From a virus (Duplodnaviria; Heunggongvirae; Uroviricota; Caudoviricetes): a stretch of DNA of 37,261 nucleotides. Shown one piece after another: positions 27,551-35,371 of this stretch (position 1 is its first letter; every line of letters begins with the position of its first letter). The translations under genes and the position numbers were made by a program. The stretch is from positions 1 through 37,261 of the IMG/VR virus record IMGVR_UViG_2711768064_000001; one strand, given 5' to 3'. Under the pieces are notes generated by a model. That model was not told where the DNA came from, did no database searches, and was given only the letters and a program-made list of their open reading frames with translations.

Positions 27551-27566
27551 CGGAACCAGATATAAT
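27540..27566 (+). promoter_or_regulatory. Candidate sigma70 promoter for tail-module moron
   Basis: TTGGCA (27540-27545), 15-nt spacer, TATAAT (27561-27566), overlapping tape-measure stop. Confidence 0.4.
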
Positions 27567-27602
27567 TTGTCTTTAAGTTTGTTATCAACTGAAGGGAAAT
27601 CT

Positions 27603-27980
27603 ATGGGTCTGTTACATGCCATTATAGGTAATGCCGGTGAAATTAATGCATCAGATGCACAACAGGAATTAGGGGCTGTTTTAGGTGAGGGAGAAAATGT
27701 CGAACTTGCCTATAAACTCATTCGTGACCAAATTATTCTGACTAACAGAAGGTTAATTTTTATTGATAAGCAGGGTGTCACAGGGAAAAAAGTCGAGTAT
27801 CGTTCGATTCCATATAAATCTGTGACAAACTTTTCTATTGAAACCGCCGGGCATCTTGATCTTGATGCTGAAATGAAGATATGGATTTCTGGTATTGCAG
27901 AACCGATAAAAAAACAGTTCAGTAAAGGAGCAAACATTTATAAATTGCAGGCCCATCTGGCTCAAAAAATAGCAGGGTAA
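27603..27980 (+). CDS. Moron protein, bacterial PH-domain-like
   Basis: 125 aa AT-rich ORF with AAGGGA RBS; segment ILTNRRLIFIDKQGVTGKKVEYRSIPYKSV resembles bacterial PH domains. Confidence 0.55.
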   Translation: MGLLHAIIGNAGEINASDAQQELGAVLGEGENVELAYKLIRDQIILTNRRLIFIDKQGVTGKKVEYRSIPYKSVTNFSIETAGHLDLDAEMKIWISGIAEPIKKQFSKGANIYKLQAHLAQKIAG

Positions 27981-28004
27981 ACCTTACATTAATTTATGTC
28001 TTTC

Positions 28005-28028
28005 ATGCCCACTTCGGTGGGCATTTTT
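28005..28028 (+). terminator. Rho-independent terminator with UUCG tetraloop
   Basis: Perfect stem ATGCCCAC/GTGGGCAT, loop TTCG, T-run. Confidence 0.65.
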
Positions 28029-28043
28029 ATATCCGGAGTTTAT

Positions 28044-29372
28044 ATGACGTGGAAAGGCAGGCTTCAGGACGCGTCATTTCGCGGCGTGCCGTTTAAGGTC
28101 GAAGAAGAAAGTGCGGGAACAGGTCGCCGTGTGGAAACGCACGAATACCCGAACCGCGACAAACCCTATACCGAAGACCTGGGGAAAATCACTTTCCGCC
28201 CGTCCATCACGGCTTATGTGGTGGGAGATGACTGCTTTGACCAGCGTGATCGCCTGATTGAAGCGCTGAATAAACCCGGTCCCGGCACGCTTGTCCACCC
28301 GACATACGGTGAGCTGAAAGTCTGTGTTGACGGGGAAGTTCGGGTCAGCACATCGAAGAGTGAAGGGCGAATTGTCCGCTTTGACCTGAAGTTTGTCGAA
28401 GCAGGAGAACTCTATTACCCCACATCAGGCGCGGCGACGGCGCAGACGCTGATGTCATCCTGTTCTGCACTGGATGACTGCATCAGTGACAGCTTCAGCG
28501 GTTTCAGTATCGATGGTGTGGCGGATTTCGTGCAGAACGACGTTATCGGTAATGCCAGCATAATGCTGGGGTATGTTTCTGATGCGATGAAAGTGGTGGA
28601 TTCTGCCGTATCGGATGCCGCCAGGCTGTTGCAGGGGGATATCTCGGTACTTCTGCCGCCGCCATCGTCAGGCAAAAATTTCGTTGAGCAGGTGCAGAAA
28701 ATGTGGCGTACCGGGAAACGCCTTTATGGTAACGCCAGCGACCTGGTCACCATGATCAAAACGCTTTCTGGTGTCAGCCTCGGCAGCGATTTGCAACCGC
28801 GCGGCGTCTGGAAAACGGACAGTAAAACCACCGCCACAGCGACGCAGCAGCGTAACATGGTTGCCAGCACCCTTCGTACGACTGCAATCAGCGAAGCGGC
28901 GTATGCCGTTACCCGATTGCCTGCGCCAACAACTTCTGCGGTGATGCAGAATGCCGCAGTGGGGCAGTCAACAACACCCGCGCAGAGCTCCGGCTGGCCT
29001 GCCGTCACGCATCCGGTGCTGAACAATGCACCGGCGGTGAAAAACACGGTTGACCTGCCAACGTGGGAAGAACTGACCGACATTCGCGACACACTGAATA
29101 CGGCAATTGATAAGGAGTTGTCCCGTACAACCAGTGATGCGCTGTTTCTGGCGCTGCGCCGGGTGAAAGCAGATCTGAATGCGGATATCAACACGCGCCT
29201 TGAACAGTCTGCTCGGATCATTCAGCGCACGCCGGATGAGGTTTTACCCGCGCTGGTGCTGGCGGCGACCTGGTTTGATAACGCGGCGCGTGACGCGGAC
29301 ATTATCCGGCGTAATGCCATTACGCATCCCGGCTTTGTGCCGGTGATCCCTCTGAAGGTGCCAGTGCAATGA
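28044..29372 (+). CDS. DNA circularization protein (Mu gpN-like)
   Basis: Start MTWKGRLQDASFRGVPFKV after terminator; Mu-like tail gene order. Confidence 0.75.
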   Translation: MTWKGRLQDASFRGVPFKVEEESAGTGRRVETHEYPNRDKPYTEDLGKITFRPSITAYVVGDDCFDQRDRLIEALNKPGPGTLVHPTYGELKVCVDGEVRVSTSKSEGRIVRFDLKFVEAGELYYPTSGAATAQTLMSSCSALDDCISDSFSGFSIDGVADFVQNDVIGNASIMLGYVSDAMKVVDSAVSDAARLLQGDISVLLPPPSSGKNFVEQVQKMWRTGKRLYGNASDLVTMIKTLSGVSLGSDLQPRGVWKTDSKTTATATQQRNMVASTLRTTAISEAAYAVTRLPAPTTSAVMQNAAVGQSTTPAQSSGWPAVTHPVLNNAPAVKNTVDLPTWEELTDIRDTLNTAIDKELSRTTSDALFLALRRVKADLNADINTRLEQSARIIQRTPDEVLPALVLAATWFDNAARDADIIRRNAITHPGFVPVIPLKVPVQ

Positions 29373-30448
29373 ACGACAATGTCACGCTACGGGTAAATGG
29401 CCGGGAGTGGAATGGCTGGACATCGGTGCGCATCGGTGCCGGTATTGAACGGCTGGCGCGGGATTTCAGTGTGGAGATCACCCGCCAGTGGCCGGGAGAT
29501 GAGGGTATCACCACGCTTCAGCCGCGCATTAAAAACGGTTCAAAAGTGGAAGTGCTGATTGGTGATGAGCTGGTGATCACCGGCTGGGTGGAGACGACTC
29601 CCGTTCGTTACGATGCCCGTTCGGTCAGCACCGGTATTGCCGGACGTAGTCTGACCGCTGACCTGATTGACTGTGCAGCCGAACCGACACAGTTTAACGG
29701 ACGATCGCTGGTACAGATTGCGCAGGCGCTTGCTGCGCCTTTCGGCATTGAGGTGGTGAACAACGGTGCGCCGTCGGGCGTTATTCCTGATGTCCAGCCT
29801 GATCACGGCGAAACGGTGATTGAGGTGATCAACAAAATACTCGGTCAGCAGCAGGCACTGGCTTACGACGACCCGCACGGCAGGCTGGTGATTGGCGGTA
29901 TTGGCTCAACGCGGGCACATACCACGCTTGTACTCGGGGAAAACATCCTTTCCTGTGATACGGAGAAGAGTATCCGGGAGCGGTTTTCTGTTTACCAGGT
30001 GGCGGGGCAGCGTGCCGGAAACGACGATGATTTCGGTGAGGCCACCACCACCGCGCTGCGGGCCCGCACAGAGGACGCATTTATTTCCCGTTACCGTCCG
30101 ATGTATATCAGGCAGACAGGGCAGGCCACGGGGGCAGGCTGTATTGCGCGTGCTGACTTTGAAGCCCGACAACGGGCGGCGCGGACGGATGAAACCACCT
30201 ATGTGGTGCAGGGCTGGCGACAGGGTAACGGTACGCTGTGGCAGCCCAACCAGCGGGTGATTGTCTTCGATCCGGTCTGTGGTTTCGACAATACCGAACT
30301 GCTTGTTTCGGAAGTCACGTTTACTCAGGACCAGAACGGCACCCTGACGGAAATCCGTGTCGGTCCGCCTGATGCTTATCTGCCTGAACCCGAAGCCTCC
30401 GGCGCGCGGAAAAAGAAAAAAGCCAGAGTACAGGAGGACCCGTTCTGA
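29369..30448 (+). CDS. Mu gpP-like tail/baseplate hub protein
   Basis: Gene order, 359 aa. Confidence 0.7.
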   Translation: MNDNVTLRVNGREWNGWTSVRIGAGIERLARDFSVEITRQWPGDEGITTLQPRIKNGSKVEVLIGDELVITGWVETTPVRYDARSVSTGIAGRSLTADLIDCAAEPTQFNGRSLVQIAQALAAPFGIEVVNNGAPSGVIPDVQPDHGETVIEVINKILGQQQALAYDDPHGRLVIGGIGSTRAHTTLVLGENILSCDTEKSIRERFSVYQVAGQRAGNDDDFGEATTTALRARTEDAFISRYRPMYIRQTGQATGAGCIARADFEARQRAARTDETTYVVQGWRQGNGTLWQPNQRVIVFDPVCGFDNTELLVSEVTFTQDQNGTLTEIRVGPPDAYLPEPEASGARKKKKARVQEDPF

Positions 30449-30996
30449 TGAGGACGATTGAAGCCATGCAGCGACAACTCCTCGGCCTGATTGGGCGGGC
30501 CGTGGTGAAAAGCATCAGTGCCGCCACGAAATGTCAGACCGTGGATGTGTCCCTGATTGCCGGTGAACCCAAAGCAGGGGTTGAACATCTTGAACCCTAC
30601 GGTTTTACCTCAAGGGCAAACAGCGGTGCGGAAGCGGTGGTGTTGTTTCCGGATGGCGACCGTTCTCATGCGGTGGTTGTTACGGTGTCGGACCGGCGCT
30701 ACCGCCTGAAAGGGCTGCAGACGGGTGAGGTGGCTGTCTATGACGATCAGGGGCAGTCCGTGACGCTGACCCGGGAGGGGATCGTGGTGGACGGTGCAGG
30801 TAAAACGATCACGTTTCGCAATGCACCTGAAGCACGTTTTGAAATGGACCTGGAAGTGACAGGACAGGTGAAAGACCTGTGCGACTCCGGCGGCACCACC
30901 ATGTCAGCGATGCGGCTTGCCTATAACGGGCATCGTCACAGAGAGAACGGTCAGGGCAGTAACACCGACAAACCTGATAAAGCGATGGAGGCATGA
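30448..30996 (+). CDS. Baseplate assembly protein V-like spike (Mu gp45-like)
   Basis: Gene order, 182 aa. Confidence 0.65.
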   Translation: MRTIEAMQRQLLGLIGRAVVKSISAATKCQTVDVSLIAGEPKAGVEHLEPYGFTSRANSGAEAVVLFPDGDRSHAVVVTVSDRRYRLKGLQTGEVAVYDDQGQSVTLTREGIVVDGAGKTITFRNAPEARFEMDLEVTGQVKDLCDSGGTTMSAMRLAYNGHRHRENGQGSNTDKPDKAMEA

Positions 30997-31421
30997 TGGA
31001 ACTGTGGCTGACGGTGAACGGTAAACGCACCTGCGCCAGCGCACCGCTGGATCCGCTGACCCGCGCCGTGGTGATTTCCCTGTTTACCTGGCGGCGGGCG
31101 GAGCCTGATGACAACGCCGACGTCCCGATGGGATGGTGGGGGGATACCTGGCCTGCGGTACAGAATGACCGTTACGGCTCCCGACTGTGGCTGCTTCAGC
31201 GCAGCAAACTGACCAATCAGCTGGTGCAGACGGTAAGGGGGTATATCCGCGAATGCCTGCAATGGATGATTGATGACGGCGTGGTGTCCCGTATTGATCT
31301 GGATATTCGCCGCACCGGGATTAATGAACTGGGTAACAGTATCACTCTCTGGCGTCGTGACGGACCGGTAATGATTTCTTTTGATGATCTGTGGAGTGCG
31401 ATAACGCATGGCGGACAGTGA
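30993..31421 (+). CDS. Baseplate protein gp46-like
   Basis: Gene order, 142 aa. Confidence 0.65.
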   Translation: MMELWLTVNGKRTCASAPLDPLTRAVVISLFTWRRAEPDDNADVPMGWWGDTWPAVQNDRYGSRLWLLQRSKLTNQLVQTVRGYIRECLQWMIDDGVVSRIDLDIRRTGINELGNSITLWRRDGPVMISFDDLWSAITHGGQ

Positions 31422-32466
31422 ATTTCAGCGCCCGACGCTGGCAGAAAATATCAGTATGCTCCGTAACGATTTATTCGCCAGGCTGGACGTCAGCGACACG
31501 CTCCGGCGCATGGATGAAGACGTGCGGGCAAAGGTGTATGCGGCGGCGCTGCATACGGTTTACGGGTACATCGATTATCTGGCAATGAACATGCTGCCTG
31601 ACCTGTGCGATGAGTCCTGGCTGGCGCGACATGCTGCGATGAAACGGTGTCCGCGCAAGGGGGCCACGGCTGCCAGCGGGTATATGCGCTGGGAAGGTGT
31701 CAGCGATGGCCTGAAGGTGACTGCCGGGAGCGTGATTCAGCGCGATGACCTGGTTCAGTACACGGCAACTGCCGATGCAACCAGCTCCGGTGGTGTCCTG
31801 CGTGTGCCGATCACTTGCTCAACTACAGGCGCGGTCGGTAACGCTGACGACGGTACGGCATTAATCCTGGTCACGCCGGTGAATGGTCTGCCGTCTTCCG
31901 GTGTGGCTGACACCCTTACAGGCGGATTTGATACTGAAGAGCTGGAAACGTGGCGCGCCCGCGTCATTGAGCGGTATTACTGGACGCCTCAGGGCGGGGC
32001 TGACGGGGACTATGTCGTCTGGGCTAAAGAAGTGCCCGGCATTACCCGCGCATGGACATACCGACACTGGATGGGAACGGGGACTGTCGGTGTGATGATT
32101 GCCAGCAGTGACCTGATTAACCCCATTCCGGAAGAATCAACGGAAACGGCAGCAAGACAACATATCGGGCCACTGGCCCCGGTGGCAGGCTCTGATTTGT
32201 ATGTATTCAGGCCGGTGGCACATACGGTGGATTTTCATATCCGCGTGACGCCGGACACACCAGAAATACGGGCTGCCATTACCGCGGAGTTGCGTTCGTT
32301 CCTGCTGCGTGATGGTTATCCGCAGGGAGAACTGAAGGTATCGCGTATCAGTGAGGCGATTTCCGGTGCGAACGGGGAATACAGCCATCAGTTGCTTGCA
32401 CCGGTGGACAATATCTCCATTGCGAAAAACGAACTGGCGGTACTGGGGACGATTTCATGGACGTGA
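31408..32466 (+). CDS. Baseplate J-like protein (Mu gp47-like)
   Basis: 352 aa, gene order. Confidence 0.75.
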   Translation: MADSEFQRPTLAENISMLRNDLFARLDVSDTLRRMDEDVRAKVYAAALHTVYGYIDYLAMNMLPDLCDESWLARHAAMKRCPRKGATAASGYMRWEGVSDGLKVTAGSVIQRDDLVQYTATADATSSGGVLRVPITCSTTGAVGNADDGTALILVTPVNGLPSSGVADTLTGGFDTEELETWRARVIERYYWTPQGGADGDYVVWAKEVPGITRAWTYRHWMGTGTVGVMIASSDLINPIPEESTETAARQHIGPLAPVAGSDLYVFRPVAHTVDFHIRVTPDTPEIRAAITAELRSFLLRDGYPQGELKVSRISEAISGANGEYSHQLLAPVDNISIAKNELAVLGTISWT

Positions 32467-33041
32467 CAAACGATGATTACATCCGCCTGTTATCGGCACT
32501 GTTGCCGCCCGGTCCGGCGTGGTCAGCCAGCGATCCGGCGATTGCCGGTGCGGCACCGTCATTAACCCGTGTTCATCAGCGTGCGGATGCCCTGATGCGG
32601 GAGCTGGATCCGCGCACCACCACTGAACTGATAAACCGCTGGGAGCGTCTGTGCGGTCTGCCGGATGAATGTATTCCCGCAGGGACACAGACCCTTCGTC
32701 AGCGTCAGCAACGGCTGGATGCGAAGGTTAACCTGGCGGGCAGCATCAACGAGAATTTTTATCTTGCACAGCTTGCTGCCCTGGGCAGACCAGATGCCAA
32801 CATCACGCGATACGACAAAAGCACGTTCACCTGCTCATCGGTCTGTACTGACGCGGTGAATGCGCCGGAATGGCGGTATTACTGGCAGGTCAACATGCCA
32901 GCCGCCACAAACACCACCTGGATGACATGTGGCGATCCCTGTGATTCCGCGCTGCGTATCTGGGGCGACACCGTTGTCGAATGTGTGCTTAACAAACTCT
33001 GCCCGTCGCATACCTACGTAATTTTTAAATATCCGGAGTAA
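32457..33041 (+). CDS. Tail protein gp48-like (DUF2313)
   Basis: Gene order upstream of tail fibre. Confidence 0.6.
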   Translation: MDVTNDDYIRLLSALLPPGPAWSASDPAIAGAAPSLTRVHQRADALMRELDPRTTTELINRWERLCGLPDECIPAGTQTLRQRQQRLDAKVNLAGSINENFYLAQLAALGRPDANITRYDKSTFTCSSVCTDAVNAPEWRYYWQVNMPAATNTTWMTCGDPCDSALRIWGDTVVECVLNKLCPSHTYVIFKYPE

Positions 33042-33044
33042 TCC

Positions 33045-33791
33045 ATGCATCGTATAGACACGAAAACCGCGCAGAAGGATAAGTTCGGCGCGGGTAAGAA
33101 CGGTTTTACCCGTGGTAACCCCCAGACCGGCACACCTGCCACCGATCTGGATGATGACTACTTTGACATGTTGCAGGAAGAGCTTTGTGGCGTGGTGGAG
33201 GCATCCGGTGCCAGCCTGGAGAAGGGGCGAAACGACCAGTTGCTTACCGCGCTTCGTGCTCTGCTGTTAAGCCGCAAGAATCCGTTTGGTGATATCAAAT
33301 CGGATGGCACGGTGAAAACGGCTCTCGAAAACCTTGGTTTGGGAGAAGGTGCTCCAGCTATTGGCGTTCCGTTCTTCTGGCCCTCCGCGGCAATGCCAAA
33401 TACTGTAATCGACAGCTGGTCCGGTATGGTGTTTTTGAAGTTCAACGGGGCGAAATTTTCTGCCTCTAATTACCCTGTGCTGGCGAAAGTGTTTCCTTCG
33501 CTGGTATTACCTGAAGCCCGCGGTGATTTCATTCGTATCTGGGATGACGGGCGAGGTGCAGATGGTGGTCGCGAATTATTAAGCTGGCAGGAAGCTACAA
33601 ACTTTTCTCAGTTTGCCGGGAATATAGGCGGAGGTGCGGGACACGCAATTAACTTTCATGATGGCATCGCCGGAAATCAGCCAGGATTTTCACGATTTAA
33701 TTTCACCAGTAACTCTGTGGGTGATGGTGTGAGTTTTGTTGCTGTCAGACCGCGAAATATTACATTTAACTTTCTGGTGAGGGCTAAATAA
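33045..33791 (+). CDS. Tail fibre protein (constant N-terminal part plus variable C-terminal part in current orientation)
   Basis: Crossover site inside the gene at 33322-33347; followed by tail fibre assembly gene. Confidence 0.75.
   Translation: MHRIDTKTAQKDKFGAGKNGFTRGNPQTGTPATDLDDDYFDMLQEELCGVVEASGASLEKGRNDQLLTALRALLLSRKNPFGDIKSDGTVKTALENLGLGEGAPAIGVPFFWPSAAMPNTVIDSWSGMVFLKFNGAKFSASNYPVLAKVFPSLVLPEARGDFIRIWDDGRGADGGRELLSWQEATNFSQFAGNIGGGAGHAINFHDGIAGNQPGFSRFNFTSNSVGDGVSFVAVRPRNITFNFLVRAK
33322..33347. other. gix/hix-like inversion crossover site (left)
   Basis: TTCTCGAAAACC-TT-GGTTTGGGAGAA; inverted copy at 35066-35091. Confidence 0.5.
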
Positions 33792-34384
33792 TGAAACCTG
33801 TTTTTGATGAAAATGGGCTGGCTACAGTGCCGGGCGATATGCGTTGTTTTTATTATGATGCTGAAACATCTGAGTATACGGGCTGGTCTGATGAATATAT
33901 TAATACTGGCGTAAGTATGCCCGCCTGTTCCACTGGTATTGACCCTGGCGAAAACATTCCGGGAAGAGTGGCAGTATTTACAGGTAAGGGATGGAGCCAT
34001 GAAGAAGACCATCGCAATGAGACTGTTTACTCAATCGAAAATGGCGCAGCTGTTACAGTGGATTATATCGGTGCCATCAAAGACGGTTATGTCACGATTT
34101 CACCGTTAACGCCATACGATAAATGGGATGGTGAGAAATGGGTGACAGACACTGAGGCACAACACAGTGCCGCAGTAGACGCGGCAGAAGCACAGCGCCA
34201 GTCACTGATTGATGCAGCAATGGCTTCCATTAGTCTGATTCAGCTGAAATTACAGGCCGGACGGAAACTGACTCAGGCAGAAACAACCCGACTTAACGCC
34301 GTGCTGGATTACATTGACGCGGTGACGGCAACAGATACCAGCACCGCGCCGGATGTCATCTGGCCTGAACTGCCGGAGGCGTAG
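33791..34384 (+). CDS. Tail fibre assembly protein
   Basis: 197 aa after tail fibre; conserved C-terminal Tfa-like region. Confidence 0.75.
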   Translation: MKPVFDENGLATVPGDMRCFYYDAETSEYTGWSDEYINTGVSMPACSTGIDPGENIPGRVAVFTGKGWSHEEDHRNETVYSIENGAAVTVDYIGAIKDGYVTISPLTPYDKWDGEKWVTDTEAQHSAAVDAAEAQRQSLIDAAMASISLIQLKLQAGRKLTQAETTRLNAVLDYIDAVTATDTSTAPDVIWPELPEA

Positions 34385-34784
34385 GCCATTCAATATCGGG
34401 TGCTGTTGACGTATCAACACGCATCAGCAGCACACGGTATTTCTTCCATTGGGTGAGAGTTGTAGCTTCTTCATAAGTTGCGATATCAGCATCAACAGCA
34501 TCCTGACGCCAGGATATTTCACTGTCAGCTTTTTCCCGTAATTGGGATTTTTTAACTTCAGCAATAGCTATTAATTCCTTTTTGGTCGGCTGAGGAATAT
34601 CTATCAGTGCTGGTTTTCCATTCAGTGTTCCAATCTGTTTTCCTGGTGGAATATCCATAAATAACTTTTTATGTTCTTCCTCACTGACTATTACACCATC
34701 ATCAGGCCACAGACCTGATGCCTCAAATTTTTCTTTCTCCGATATGGGGAAAAAGCCATTTGCTTTAGCGCTCCATACGTACAT
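34356..34784 (-). CDS. Alternative tail fibre assembly protein (inverted orientation)
   Basis: Minus-strand ORF whose C-terminus (VDTSTAPDIEWPTPP) parallels the plus-strand Tfa C-terminus (TDTSTAPDVIWPELP). Confidence 0.7.
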   Translation of the reverse strand: MYVWSAKANGFFPISEKEKFEASGLWPDDGVIVSEEEHKKLFMDIPPGKQIGTLNGKPALIDIPQPTKKELIAIAEVKKSQLREKADSEISWRQDAVDADIATYEEATTLTQWKKYRVLLMRVDTSTAPDIEWPTPPAVQAR

Positions 34785-34785
34785 A

Positions 34786-35121
34786 TCAATACCCCACCGC
34801 TATAATGTCCACATTAAATCCCCCGGGACCTGCCTGCCAGATGCTGGCCCCTGTTAATGATTTTGTTTGATGAACAACCGCCACATTTGCTGGTGATTGT
34901 GTTTCAGTTGTTACAGTACCGATATCATTCCAGTTAATTGAGATGGAATAGTTCGTTGTTGTAAACGACCGGGGGAAAGTTATGTGTCTTACATTGGTGC
35001 CAATAGGAAATCCAAGATAAACACGCTGAATTATCATTCCTCCAGGTAACATAACCCAGTTAGCACCTTCTCCAAAACCAACGTTTATGAAAATGCAGAA
35101 ATAACGAGCAAATGGCATCAT
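34786..35121 (-). CDS. Alternative tail fibre C-terminal segment (silent in current orientation)
   Basis: Minus-strand ORF adjoining the right crossover site; would fuse to constant tail fibre part upon inversion. Confidence 0.6.
   Translation of the reverse strand: MMPFARYFCIFINVGFGEGANWVMLPGGMIIQRVYLGFPIGTNVRHITFPRSFTTTNYSISINWNDIGTVTTETQSPANVAVVHQTKSLTGASIWQAGPGGFNVDIIAVGY
35066..35091. other. gix/hix-like inversion crossover site (right)
   Basis: TTCTCCAAAACC-AA-CGTTTATGAA, inverted relative to left site. Confidence 0.5.
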
Positions 35122-35147
35122 TCCTGCTTTTGTCAGGGGGATCTACC

Positions 35148-35276
35148 ATGCTTATTGGCTATGTACGCGTATCAACAAATGACCAGAACACAGATCTACA
35201 ACGTAATGCGCTGAACTGTGCAGGATGCGAGCTGATTTTTGAAGACAAGATAAGCGGTACAAAGTCCGAGACCTAG
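35148..35276 (+). pseudogene. Truncated DNA invertase (Gin/Pin/Hin-family serine recombinase, N-terminal 42 codons only)
   Basis: Encodes MLIGYVRVSTNDQNTDLQRNALNCAGCELIFEDKISGTKSET then stop; matches invertase N-terminus including catalytic-Ser region. Confidence 0.75.
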
Positions 35277-35371
35277 GGCTGACACTGCTGTTCTTGATGC
35301 AAATTAAAAGATTTAATAGTGAGTAGCGGCCTTACTAATGTAAGGCCGCTATAATCATTTTATTAATTGCA

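Noticed and set aside
27522-27602. Track start at 27522 for the PH-domain-like ORF and 27996 for the DNA-circulation gene
   Set aside because: Both upstream extensions run through promoter or terminator elements; RBS-supported starts are 27603 and 28044.
35148-35276. Functional full-length DNA invertase
   Set aside because: Reading frame stops after 42 codons; Gin/Hin/Pin invertases are about 190 aa, so this is a remnant unless the remainder lies beyond the window.
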